A stretch of 64,000 nt of DNA, taken from NCBI RefSeq assembly GCF_006345805.1, contig NC_043011.1, positions 10,974,001-11,038,000 on the forward strand, read 5' to 3'. The position numbers and the translations under genes are program-made. Below are positions 50,103 through 62,199 of the stretch, piece by piece (the stretch's first letter is position 1; every line of letters starts with the position of its first letter). The notes below the pieces were generated by a model. It had not been told where the DNA came from. It searched no databases and saw only the letters and a list, made by a program, of their open reading frames with translations. The stretch is from Octopus sinensis (Eukaryota).

Positions 50103-50418
50103 CTGGAAACAGAGAATTAGTGACACTTAAAATCTTTATTATACTGGTTTGGAGGAAGAGGCTGTGCCAGAGGTCCTGAAAGGCATTCTAAGACTAGCAA
50201 AAGTGAAACAGTCAACATTGTTTCTGAACAAAAGAAAGTCAATGGTTGCAGGAAAGACATGAGCATGGAGGGAACTGGTTGCAGAAATACAGAATTTGAA
50301 GTGGCTAGGAGTGCCTGAATGAATGTGACACAGGAACCAGCCAGCTCTGAAGAGTACAGGCCACTGTAGTAGCAGTAGAAAAGGCAAAGAGAGAAAACAA
50401 ACTGTTTTGTGTGCTATA

Positions 50419-51340
50419 CAAGGTGTTCAGGCTAAATTTGACAGTTTGCATAAAAGGAAAGAAAACACAATATCCCAGCCAAAAATAAAAGTATCTCAAA
50501 AGATCAAAAAAATATCAATTAGATTATTGCTGGGAGATAACAGTTTGCTCAAAGTAGCCGGATCTTTTCAGTTTGAATGGCAGTTTTTTCTAGCGGTGTC
50601 ATATGAAATTGTCATCCATAATGATGACCCTAGAATCGATCTATTGCATTTCAATCTGTTTTAGGGTTAGGGGTGGGGAGAAGGGTATCTTTTTTCTTCA
50701 CAAATGTAAATAAACCCAATCTGTTTCTTAAACGAGGGACATATTCATACGGCACAGAATGTTTTCACCTCAATAGACATCACTGATTGGTTGAAATTGC
50801 AGAAATTGAAGAAAAAAAACAACAAATATCTTACAAACTATAGAATTTTCTCAAGAACGCCAAGAGAAAAAGATGTTTTATAAACACATTCTACCAGTAT
50901 ACGAAGTTTAAAAGTGTTTAGTTACCTAGAAATTAAGTTAAAAACTGCTGTTCAAACCAAAAAGATCCAAGTAGCCTCCCTCAGCTTCTACTATGCACTC
51001 AAGATGGCTCCAGAACATGGTGTAGGAGCTCCTCACTGTGTCCTCGAGAAGATCTTCAAACACCTCACTCATCTTGGATATCAGTTCAGTCTTCATGTTG
51101 CAGGCAGAGCAGTTGATGTTTTTCACAACTGCACCCCACATACAATAATCCATTGTGATTACAATTGGGGGGAATTAGGAGGCCGGGAAATTGGGGCTGA
51201 TGAAGTTTTGGAAATTCTTCAACAACCACTTCTGACTCATTCCAGTTAATATGAGAAGGAGCTGAATTCTGCAGCCACACATATGGCCTTCCAGCAGCAA
51301 TCCTTTCCAGCCAAGGATTTGGTATATAGTAGAAATGCAT
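50419..51340 (-). mobile_element. Tc1/mariner-superfamily (maT-like) relic: transposase C-terminus and one terminus
   Basis: WLQNSAPSH...MDYCMWGAV...LECIVEAEGGY|FEQ; terminus TA-caaggtgttcagg at 50417. Confidence 0.7.
50560..50968. mobile_element. MITE with GGATC...GATCC ~28-bp TIRs and an 8-bp TSD
   Basis: TSD aagtagcc at 50552-50559 and 50969-50976; TIR ggatctttt(c/t)(a/g)gtttgaa(tg/ca)gcagtttt. Confidence 0.85.
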
Positions 51341-51369
51341 TAACAATACACATATTTACTATACACCAA

Positions 51370-51990
51370 ACCAGGTACCATTACCATTTATTTTCTGATC
51401 CACCAAATGGATAATAGCTTATCATTTAATTCAGCCAATCTATACCACCAATATACCTGTTATAATTGAGGTTCACAGATGGAGTGGCATTTTCATCCAC
51501 ATGTGGTTGTGCACAGGTAGATAGAAAATTGATTTGCCTCCTATCTCTGTATGCAGTCACCAGCAAATTTTCTTTTTGCCACTGGATTATTTCATCTCTC
51601 TTTTTAAACTTTGCTTTTTTTATACCCAATGGCAACACATTACTTGTAATCACTATATATGTTGCCACAGCTTCTAAATCCATAGGTTTGATTGAACTGA
51701 AAAACCTGTCAAAAAATAATATATGGCTCTGATTATTGTGTAGAAGGGATAAATTCCAGATCAAGGCCATGTTGGCTTACATTATAGTCTCTTCCCCTCA
51801 TCCTCCATACAAAAACTAAATCCATGGTAGGACCCAGTTTCATTTGACAAATTTCCAAACTTTGATCCCCCAATTTGTGGGATTTCCAGACATGTACTCT
51901 TGGAAACATAACATTTATTATCCTGTTTAAGGTCAGGGTACCCAAAAATGTTTCTGTATCAGGTACTTTGCTAGAATGCTGGTTATAAAC
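51370..51990 (-). mobile_element. piggyBac (PGBD4-like) transposase relic
   Basis: FFDRFFSS...AYRDRRQINFLST...YNRYIGGIDW, with a KSHKLG motif upstream. Confidence 0.75.
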
Positions 51991-52156
51991 AGTGAAGAAG
52001 TTGGATAAAAAATGCAGAGATGAAGATGAACTACAGAAAAATATAAACAAGATATTCATAGAACCTGTTTGAAGCTAATTTCAAGTAAGCAGGATTTATT
52101 ACATATAACTGTAAGATAAACAATAAACAAATTAAAAAACAAAGTCCCCAACATAC

Positions 52157-52246
52157 CTCAGTAGTTCCCAAATCATTTCTTGAAGTTAGTTGGGTAAATG
52201 ATATTGGATGGTCAGCTTGGATTTTCACAGCTTTCTTTTCTGCTGC
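52157..52246 (-). CDS. COPB1: Coatomer subunit beta exon
   Basis: tgcAG|AAEKKAVKIQADHPISFTQLTSRNDLGTTE|gtatgt; 90 nt. Confidence 0.92.
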
Positions 52247-52334
52247 CTGCAGTACATGAAAGAGTATAAACACATTTGTTAGTTGAAATACTTAGATAGA
52301 TGGGTGAAATGTAGAAAGAGAAAGTAAGTGGGTC

Positions 52335-52590
52335 TCCGTGCTGGTGGCACGTAAAAAGCACCATCCGAGCGTGGCCGTTCGCCAGCCTCGTCTGGCACCT
52401 GTGTCGGTGGCACATAAAAAGCACCCACTACACTCACGGAGTGGTTGGCGTTAGGAAGGGCATCCAGCTGTAGAAACACTGTAAGATCTGACTGGCCTGG
52501 TGCAGCCTTCGGTCTTCCCAGACCCCAGTTGAACCGTCCAACCCATGCTAGCATGGAAAACAGACGTTAAACGATGATGATGATGATGAT
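52335..52590 (+). mobile_element. RTE 3' UTR repeat with (GAT)n tail
   Basis: Family motifs intact. Confidence 0.85.
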
Positions 52591-53214
52591 GACAGATACA
52601 GAAGTAAATAGGTGGATAAATAGAACGACAGTTATCTCGATTTTAAATCTGCAGATGATTAGCAGTAGCCTGCCAAGCATTTTACTGAAACCATAATGTA
52701 GATCTAATGGTGTTGTTAGTCAAGTAAACCATATAGAGAAACTATTAGGAGAGTTAAAAAGAAGACTTGCTTGCATCCCAGCAATCAGGTGGAGCTGAAA
52801 GCTGCCATTACGATCACTTGAGCTTCCACCATAGATGAAGTGTCACAGGTTAGTTTCCACTATACAAAGTCAGTCATTGAAGTCAAATGAGAAACTGCAG
52901 CCAAAAAGTGCTTAAACAAAACGCATACATTAAGCAATATGAATAATAATTAAATTATTAGAGCTATTTCTAACCCAACACAATGAAAGAAATTATTTTC
53001 CATCTTCCATAGGATTTGAAATTACATACTATATCTGCTAGAATTACTATTATTATGACTGGGTTCCAGCCCAGGTCGCAGCAACAAAGTTCACCTGCCA
53101 CACGTCTCAGCCCATCTTCACTGCCTTGATGTCCTGGATACATTCCAGGTCTGTGTCTGCAATCAAGTTGTCGATGTAAGCGCAACAACATTTTCCTCAT
53201 TTTACATCACCATG

Positions 53215-53525
53215 AAGGCACCATTTGAGCGTGATCATTACCAGTAACGCCTTACTGGCACCTGTGCCGGTGGCATGTGTAAAAGGACTCGAGCGAGGTC
53301 ATTGCCAGTACCGCCTGACTGGCCCCCGTGCCGGTGGCATGTAAAAAGCACCCACTATACTCTCGGAGTGGTTGGCGTTAGGAAGGGCATCCAGCTGTAG
53401 AAACTCTGCCAGATCAAGATTGGAGCCTGGTGCAGACATCTGATTCACCAGCCCTCAGTCAAAATCGTCCAACCCATGCTGGCATGGAAAGCGGACGTTA
53501 AACGATGATGATGATGATGATGATA
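53215..53525 (+). mobile_element. RTE 3' UTR repeat with (GAT)n tail
   Basis: Family motifs intact. Confidence 0.85.
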
Positions 53526-53697
53526 CTAACTTTTTGTTAAATCTTTAAATGAGGTAGTGTTCCAATATAAATTGTCTTTATTACTGTTTAAATTTTATAA
53601 AAATTCAGCTAATACTGTCAGCTTCCATGCTTTTGTTTTCCAAACTGTCTTGTGTCATTGAATTCCACTAGCTCTTACTGAGTGACACATTCTATAA

Positions 53698-54290
53698 TAT
53701 AATATATAATGAAATTATTGTATACAGTGCTCAGGTGCACCACAACTTGTCAGAGTATATGCAATAATGTACAAATGTCTGGAAAGCGAACAATGCATGA
53801 ATCAGATACATGCTTGTGTGTGTATGGAGGGGAGAAAGTCAGGTGTAGTGTTGGCGAATCTCAGGAAGCATGGAAGTTTTGAAGGATGCAGTGCTCTGAC
53901 AACTAACAACTGATGCCGGCAGTCTGTTCCATGCTTCAGCAACTCTCAGCATGAAAAAATGTTTCCTAAAATCATGGGAGCTGTACTGTTTTCTGACTTT
54001 GTAAATATGTCCACGGGTGTTAGATGGGTGGAGTTTAAAAAGGTGCTCAGAGTTATTGTTGGTACGATGGTTGATAATTTTATGGGTGTCTGCCAAGTCA
54101 GCTGCCAGACGTCGGAGTTTCAGTGTGTCCATGCCCAGGGAAGTAAGGCGTTCAGGATATGGCAAATGTCTGATGGAGGGTATTCATTTGGTTGCACATC
54201 GCTGAACGGCTTCCAGACGATTGATATCCTGGGCAAGATAGGGGTTCCAGACCGGTGATGCAAATTCCAGGTGAGGTCTTACCATAGCTA
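53698..54290 (-). mobile_element. CR1 LINE 3' fragment
   Basis: YPERLTSLGMDTLKLRRLAADL...TRGHIYKVRKQYSSHDFRKHFF...HYT*. Confidence 0.9.
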
Positions 54291-54443
54291 TGAGTCGGTA
54301 TTTAGTATTCATTCACAACCAATTGTTTATCAAATATATCGAAGAAAGAAGAGAGGATCAAAGAGTAAAAGGAAATAATAGAAAGAGAAATTTTAAAAGA
54401 CAAAAGAAATTATGAAAATGGAAGAAAGAGAAGTTTATCATAC

Positions 54444-54599
54444 CTTCACCTGGACTTTTTCTTCTTCCACTTTTGCTGCCAGCATCACAGAAAGGGATCC
54501 ACGACATTTCTGATTGAAGATTTCACTCATCAGTTCAGTTTTCTCAGCCAAAACACGGAGACAAACAGCAATTCTGTCTACATCGTCATCTGTGATAGG
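54444..54599 (-). CDS. COPB1: Coatomer subunit beta exon (missed by the ORF track)
   Basis: actAG|[52 protein letters not shown]|gtatga; 156 nt. Confidence 0.95.
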
Positions 54600-54726
54600 C
54601 TAGTGAAGAGGGGGCAGATAGTCAGATATAATGAAGGGCTAGTGTTGTCAAAGACACAAGATGTGCTCAAAGTGCATGTCAAAACAAAGAAATGAAGCAG
54701 GATAAACACAAAAGAAATGAAACAGA

Positions 54727-54954
54727 TTAACCCTTTAGCATTTAAACCGGCCATATCCAGCCAAAATATTTAACCTGTTTTATATTGAAACTGACCAGCT
54801 CTCACCTCTCACCTCAGCCCTACCATGTCATTCTAAAACTAAAAAATAGCATCACTGAAATCTCTAAATTACAAGATAATGCATGATTAATTCAAAACAA
54901 TATAAATAAACAAATATCACATTTGACATAATAATCTGAACACTAAAGGGTTAA
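54727..54954. mobile_element. Intact TTAA-type MITE (second family, 220 bp)
   Basis: TTAA-ccctttag...ctaaaggg-TTAA. Confidence 0.88.
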
Positions 54955-56179
54955 ACACAAATGAAGAGAAGCAAGAAAAGTCAAGTGAGAATTTAGTCCT
55001 TTAAGTAACACCAATGTGATAATCAATGGTTTTCAGGACAAGCCTATTGGGGAAGCTTCAGCTATCTATAAGAATAGCTCAGAAACATGAAACCCAGAAA
55101 AATGATGAAATGATGGAAGAAATGACAGTGGACCGAGATGTTAGACGACATGAAACTGAGTGCTAAAAGAGTTATGTCCAACCCACATGTAACAACACTA
55201 CTTTACATCCATTCTACCTTAAGAAATCGAACTACAACTCCTCTTCTAAATGCATCTTTCTCTTCCTCACATTTCCTCTTCATTAATTACGATTGCTTTT
55301 CAATCCCCTTTCTTGCCCTCACTGCTGTGCTCAATGTATTTGTTTTTCCCCACAGCCCCACCCTATTTTCCTAACCAGGTTCTACACTCATATTCTTGTT
55401 ACTTGTGAGTATACCCTAGCACTAGACTATCTCTCTTCTGCTCTCTCTTACACTTTTGTCGTTTCCTACTCTCTCTCTCTTCCCCTTTGGTTACTCTCTC
55501 TTCTCTTGTTTTTCCTCTGACTAGGTAACCAAGTATCACCTTTACATCAGCACGCTTGTTTCTGGCCTCTTTCTTGTACCTCTCTCTCAATAGGTAACCA
55601 TGTACTTCTTCAATAACAAGACACCTATTTCTGCCTCTCTATTTCTCTGTTACACTATAACCTTTCATCATTTAATAGTGGATCACCTCCTCTAATGATC
55701 CCTGTTGTGGCAAGACACTTGCATCTGTTTCTGTCTCTTTATCACACTCTAACCTTTCATCCGCTGACACAAGTTCCCCTCCTCAAATGTCCTGCATCTC
55801 TTATAACTCCTTGTCTTGCAAGTTACTTGGTTACCCTAGCAGTGCTGTGGCCACGTTAAAAGCATCCAGTCCACACTGTAACATGGTTGGCATTTGGAAG
55901 GGGAGCCAGCTGTAAAACTCATACCAAAACTAACTTTACTTGTGCTAGTGCCACATAGAAAGTACTGAGTCCACTGTGGGGTGGTTGGTGTTAGGAATGG
56001 CATCAAGCCATAAAATCCCTGCCAAAACAGACACAGTAGCCTAGGGTGGTTTTTCTACCTGGCTAGCTCCAGTCAACCATCTTACCCATGCATGCATAGA
56101 AGATGAACTTTAAACAATGATGATGATAACGCTTCAATGCATAATAAACAATCTTGTTCCTTCTTGTTTGAGCAGCTAT

Positions 56180-56640
56180 TTAGTGGTATAATCACAAATA
56201 CACATCATCAACATCATTGTTCGACCGTGGTTGAGACAATGGAATTTACCATGCTACACCAGACTTCACGGTCCATCATGGCATTACGGAGGTCCTGTTG
56301 CTGGATGCCTGTATCCCTGGAGATTACATCAGGGTAGGAGAGTGTGCGCCCTCTGGTATTGCGAGTAGATGGCTTCTAGAGGAGAAGAGTAAAAATTACC
56401 TCTTTTTCAGCTCTACAACAATGTCCAGCAAACTGGACTCTCTTACCCTTCACAAGAGATGACACAGGTGGTAGTTTCCTATATATTTGCATTTTGGTTG
56501 GATGGCGCTTCCATGAGAGATTTTGAGCTCTCATAAGGAGGCGAGTGTAGGTTCCATCCAACCGCCTCTCAATCTTCTTTGATAACGTCCAGGTTTCTGA
56601 GCCATATAGTAGAATTGGTTCGACTGTGCTTTGAAGATTT
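56180..56640 (-). mobile_element. RTE-type LINE 3' fragment (another family)
   Basis: LDGTYTRLLMRAQNLSWKRHPT...FAGHCCRAE...DREVW; (TGA)n tail. Confidence 0.75.
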
Positions 56641-57571
56641 CAAATACACACACACACACTCTTTTAGCTGTTTCAGCCATGTGGTTGCAGTCTTACACAA
56701 GTTATACGAGTTAGTCAGAAACAAGGGTAGTACCATGACTTTTGTAGGATCTACAAGTGAGCTCAGCTAAATGTAAGCTGGCCACTGATCTTTAAGACCA
56801 CCACCTATGTGTTATATCTAAAACACTGTCAGGCCAGTTACTGTTAGGTAAAATAAATGAATGATCAACATTTGATCCAGTTCAGTTTCATCATCTTAGA
56901 TATGGTCGGATCAACACAAATTATCTCAGCCAGAACGTTTATATATTAATAAATCCCAGAATTCTGGTGATGTAGAATCAACAATTAATGATTGAAGAAA
57001 ATTCCGCATTGCAATAAACTAGTTGCCAGGCTTGCATTTTTACTTAGGGAGATATAAATAAAATGTTTTAGTGTAAGGTTCTAATCTAACACTAAAACCA
57101 ATTTTTATGCATGTTACATAATTATAATTAGTATGTTTTACATAATGAGTAATTTAGCATCTTTTAACAAATATTATTATAATGTTTTCAAATATGTTAT
57201 CCAAGACAGAAGAGATCATTTTCTGAGATAAGTTTACATGGTCTCCCTCTCTCTCTCTTTCGGAGAGGCACTGAGCAGCTATACACACACATACACACAC
57301 GGCAGTAACTTCCGCCTACCGAATTCAATCACAAAGCTTCGGTCGGCTCGGGGCTATAGTGGAAGACACCTACCCAAAATGCCACGCAGTGGAACTGAAC
57401 CTGAAACCATGTCTACACAATGTAATCCAGATGACTTTGCAAAACATCAATGAAACTTTCATTAATAATTAGTAGTACACATCATGTTCTAATGGTAAAT
57501 CAAAGCAGAAATCAATGATGAAAGAAGAAAAAGAAAGAGAAAAAAAAAGAATGAGAGAAAATGTTGCTTAC

Positions 57572-57643
57572 CTTTGTAGGAAGTCCTGACTTTCCAAGAT
57601 GTATAACAGTTGCCATGAGCAACATGCAGTCAGCAATAAAAGC
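57572..57643 (-). CDS. COPB1: Coatomer subunit beta exon
   Basis: tacAG|AFIADCMLLMATVIHLGKSGLPTK|gtaagc; 72 nt. Confidence 0.94.
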
Positions 57644-57699
57644 CTGTAGCCGGAAGACAATAAATATATGTCATAATCTGTATGCATACATATATACTC

Positions 57700-57910
57700 T
57701 CTTTACTCTTTTACTTGTTTCAGTCATTTGACTGCGGCCATGCTGGAGCACCGCCTTTAGTCGAGCAAATCGACCCCGGGACTTATTCTTTGTAAGCCCA
57801 GTACTTATTCTATCGGTCTCTTTTGCCGAACCGCTAAGTAATGGGAACGTAAACACACCAGCATCAGTTGTCAAGCAATGCTAGGGGGACAAACACACAC
57901 ACAAACACAT

Positions 57911-57943
<33 letters not shown>

Positions 57944-58115
57944 CATATATACGATGTGCTTCTTTCAGTTTCCGTCTACCAAATCCACTCACAAGGCATT
58001 AGTCAGCCCGGGGCTATAGCAGAAGGCACTTGCCCAAGATGCCACGCAGTGGGACTGAACCCGGAACCATGTGGTTGGTTAGCAAGCTACTTACCACAGA
58101 GCCACTCCTGCGCCT
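57700..58115 (-). mobile_element. SINE family A
   Basis: Full-length copy. Confidence 0.9.
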
Positions 58116-58379
58116 ATATATGTAGATATATCATTAATATCATTAATGTCCCTGTTCCATGCTGGCATGGGTTGCACAGTTTAATTGGATCTGACAGTAT
58201 GATTTCAATGGCTGGATGCCCTTTCTTAATGCCATGCACCCCATATAAGCCATCTGGACGCTGCAAAATATACCCGTGTGTGTGTGTGTGTGTGTGAACA
58301 TATATGTACATACCTACATATACATACATGTATGTGTTCCAATATTTATGTACTTGTGTTTCTACTTGCGTGCTGGATT

Positions 58380-59110
58380 TTCTTCCTCTGGGCAAATCAA
58401 GAGAGATTCTCCATTTGTAGGTAACAAAAGGTCTCAAAGGCAGATTGTATGATGCCTGTGTGCAAGCAGCCATGTTACATGGGCTGTAACTGCAGAGAAC
58501 ATGCAAAAACTCGAAAGAAATGTAGCTAGTATACCTCGCTGGATGTGCAATATCAGTGTGCATGTACAAGAGAGTGTAAGAATTTTGAGAGAAAAACTGG
58601 GCACAAGAGGCATCAAACGTAGTGTGCAAGAGAGGCATTTGCGTACGTATGGTCATGCGATATGTACGGATGAGGACAGCTGTGTAAAGTGCCAATCTCT
58701 AACTGTGGGAGGAACCTATAGAGGTAGACCCAGGAAGACATGGGACGAGGTGGTGAAGCATGATCTGCGAATGTTGGGTCTCATGGATGTGGAGATAAGT
58801 GATCGTGACCTTTGGCAATTTGCTGTGCTTCAGAAGACTTGTCAAGCTATGCAAAATTGTAGTTGCGGCAGTGCCAATGACACATAAAGCACCCATGCAG
58901 GTGATATGTAAAAGTACCCATGCCGGTGACACATTAAAGGAACCCACTACATTCCTGGAATGGTTGGTGTTAGGAAGGGCATCCAGTTGTAGAAACCAAG
59001 CCAAAATCAGACTAAAACCTGGTGCAGCTCTCTGGCTTACCAGTTCCAGTTAAACTGTCTAACCCATGGAAAATGGATGTTAAATGATGGTGATGCTGAT
59101 GATGATGATT
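58380..59110 (+). mobile_element. RTE 3' fragment (end of ORF, UTR and (GAT)n tail)
   Basis: KLERNVASIPRWMCN...RGRPRKTWDEVVKHDL. Confidence 0.85.
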
Positions 59111-59989
59111 TGTTAGGTCCCCCTTTTGTATCAGATGCTATTAACTACACACATAAGTTATATTTCAACTTGTATTCCAGCATCACAACATATATGTTTA
59201 TGTTTGTATTCTTGTTTAATGTGAATTGTCTAATATACGTATACCTGTGTCTACATTGCATTTATTTCAACTATTTAGTTTGTGTATTCAAGCAAGCATG
59301 ATGAAAACTGCATCAATGAGTTCTAACTGTATGTAGCTATAAACTTTTATTTGTTAAATATATTTATACTTGTATATATATTTGTTAAATATATTTATAA
59401 AAAAAGAGGTTACTAATTTATTCATCATTAATTTAATAGAATCTTAAGTTACCACTACTAATTTGTCTCTTGTGCTCTTGGTACATACCTTACACCTGAA
59501 GGTATGAAGAAATTTTAGTGTGGCAAATAAATTGGTATGATTTATGAAGATTGATAGCTTTTCGGATGTGCAAAAGCTACAAAAAAGATAATTTCACTGT
59601 AGGCACTTTTGTTTAGAAATTACCACTTAAAAGCACAGCCAATATTATTAAAGAATAAAGAGAATTTAAAGAGCTATAAATGAGCTGTGATGGTACATGG
59701 GAAGCATGTGTTATTTCACATTGCTGCAGTACACTTAGTTGTATGGGGCAGCTGGTTATTAACCCTGTGATGGAGTACGTGGGAGTCTTGTACTCTCAAT
59801 TACTTAAATGTCATGGAAACCAAGACATAATCGAGTGTAATGACTCTAGGCTTAAGAGAAACAATGTGTACGCTGATAAATTTAACTTTTTCATTAGTAA
59901 TATGACTTTTATATACATATCATTTCATTTTATTTTTCATTTTATCTAGTTTCAGCTCACGAGCTGTGGCCATGCTGGGGCACCACCAT

Positions 59990-60110
59990 TTTATAAAAGA
60001 TGAAAGGCAAAGTCAACCTTGGTGGAATTTGAACTCAGAATATAGCAATAGGTGAAATCCTGCAAAGCATTTCATCCAGCATGCTAACAATTCTGCCAGC
60101 TTGCTGCCTT
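59990..60110 (-). mobile_element. SINE family B head, degenerate
   Basis: aaagatgaaaggcaaagtcaacc...aattctgccagcttgctgcctt. Confidence 0.7.
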
Positions 60111-60217
60111 CAAAAATTCCCTGGTATATATTCACAATCTATATGTATTATCCCTCTATTCTAACAGTTATATAAGTTATGTAGCTGAACTTTTATACAA
60201 ATGCAAATTATACTCAC

Positions 60218-60338
60218 ATTCTGCTTCTTCTTAGAGTCAGTCAGTTTGATATAGCGAAGGGCTAACTTAGTGAGATTGGTCGCCAGGGCAGCCCCAGCAA
60301 AGAAATCTCCATTTAACAAGTACCTGCGAAATGGAGGT
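60218..60338 (-). CDS. COPB1: Coatomer subunit beta exon (most upstream exon in the window)
   Basis: ttacAG|a PPFRRYLLNGDFFAGAALATNLTKLALRYIKLTDSKKKQN|gtgagt; 121 nt. Confidence 0.95.
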
Positions 60339-60799
60339 CTGTAAAAGAGAGAAAGCAGAGGGGGAAAATGTGATTAAGAACAAGAAAAATATTATATGCA
60401 TATTACTCACAGTAATTAAACCACAACTGAGTGAGTGAGTGAGTGAGTGAGTGAATGAGAGAGAGAGAGAGTGTGTGTGTGTGTTAGAGAGAGAGCACAG
60501 GGAAAAAAACTGGCATAAAAGGTGGCTTCTGGCAGTGTAGCACAATGGCATCTACTTTGAATGCTAGGCTGTTTTGTTGTAACTTGACAAATAAAGCAAG
60601 TAAGTTATCAAAATATTGCAAGACTTTTGACTCAATACAATATATATGTGATTTGCTGTGCTTGAGAAAGCCTGTCCCCTTGGCAGTTATCCTCGTCCTT
60701 TCTCATCTCTTCCATGATGTTCCAACTTCTGAGATCAGTCTTCACTTCACTCCATGTCTTCTGGGTCTCCTTCTTTCATATGCTCTATAACATATATAA

Positions 60800-61260
60800 A
60801 AGTTATACAGATTGGTGAATGCAATTGTCTTCCCAATAGCAACATATGGATGCGAGACCTGGACACTAAAGAAAGCTGACCAGAAGAGAATTAATGCATT
60901 CGAGCTTTGGTGTTGGAGAAGACTTTTACGGATTCCATGGACAGCGAGGCTCACCAATGGAGAAGTTCTTAAGCAGATAAGGCCAAAAATGTCACTAGAA
61001 GCTGGGATCACCAAGCGTAGATTGGCATATTTCGGTCATATTATGCGGAGAGAATCCCTGGAGAAGGACATCATGCTCAGAATGGTCAGTGGCAAGAGAG
61101 GAAGAGGCCGACCAAGAACCCGCTGGCTTGACACCATCAGGAGTGATACCGGAATGGACATTGCCAGCCTGAAGGAAGCGGCACAGGATAGAACTGACTG
61201 GAGGACACTGCTCCAATGAGTGACCGAGAGTCGACTTTGACTGAGCGGATAGAGAGAGAG
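60800..61260 (+). mobile_element. BovB-like RTE 3' end
   Basis: LVNAIVFPIATYGCETWTLKKADQKRINAFELWCWRRLLRIPWTAR...YFGHIMRRESLEKDIML...GRGRPRTRWLD; (AG)n tail. Confidence 0.88.
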
Positions 61261-61339
61261 ATAACATTTACTGGCACTTTTTTATAGAGCTGTCTTCATC
61301 CATATCCATCACATACCTACACCAGCAGAGTTTCCACCT

Positions 61340-61995
61340 CATTTGTACTTTGTTGATCATGAAGCTTTATATTGCACACCAATGGAGTGTTTTAGCTTCA
61401 TTTCTTTCCAGTCTTCTCGAGTCTACTACATTCAAGGGTCATGTCTTACAATTATGCAGCATTATCATTCTAACACAAATGTCATACAATCTGAGGGAAA
61501 AGACCTTTGTTATTGCCAGCAAGCATATTAGCTTCTTGAACTTTTACAAACCTATTCTTACTCTGACTACTATACATTCAGAGCAACTACCTCCCCTGTT
61601 AATTATGTTTCCTAGATAACAAAAGCTATTGACTTAAGAGTTGTCTGGACATTTAAGAAAATCTATTTCAGGAGTGCTCATAGTACATATTGCTCCAATG
61701 CATCCTTATCATACAGGATATTATCAATCTGAATAACTGGTCTATCTGTGGAGTTAGCATGAGGAAGCCCCTTGATATCCTATGCATTTTCCACATTCAG
61801 CAGCCATTCATAACAGCACTTGCATGCCACTTTCTTGTATTCCACATCACTGGCAAGTATGCCTTTGCCCCTTTGAATACACTTGCTGCCAATGACATCT
61901 TGGATTTCAATAACAAGTCTTGCAATCCAAAACATTTCACACCTCTGATTCTCACTTTGCAGAACATGTGCAAATCTTCTTTTTTTCTGCTCCAC
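61340..61995 (-). mobile_element. Decayed RTE fragments
   Basis: RRFAHVLQSENQRCEMFWIAR...YEWLLNVENA; RRLERNEAK. Confidence 0.65.
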
Positions 61996-62199
61996 CATTA
62001 GCTGTCACCTACCTGCCCTTCCAACCATTTGATGAGGCTCCCTACTACAACCTTCCTTCCAGTTTTTCCAAGCCTCTCTTAGCCTTTACCACTCTATCAA
62101 ACAGTGTCTCAGATATTTGTTGGCCTTATCTATGTTGCTCCAATTTAGATAGGGGTTATCCATACACACACACACACACCCCACTCTTCAAGGGTCCAT

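Noticed and set aside
50661-50672. ttagggttaggg telomere-like motif
   Set aside because: Only two units and internal to a MITE.
52720-52910. Possible Tc1 transposase C-terminal remnant (NHIEKLLGELKRRL)
   Set aside because: Too short and degenerate to support a feature call.
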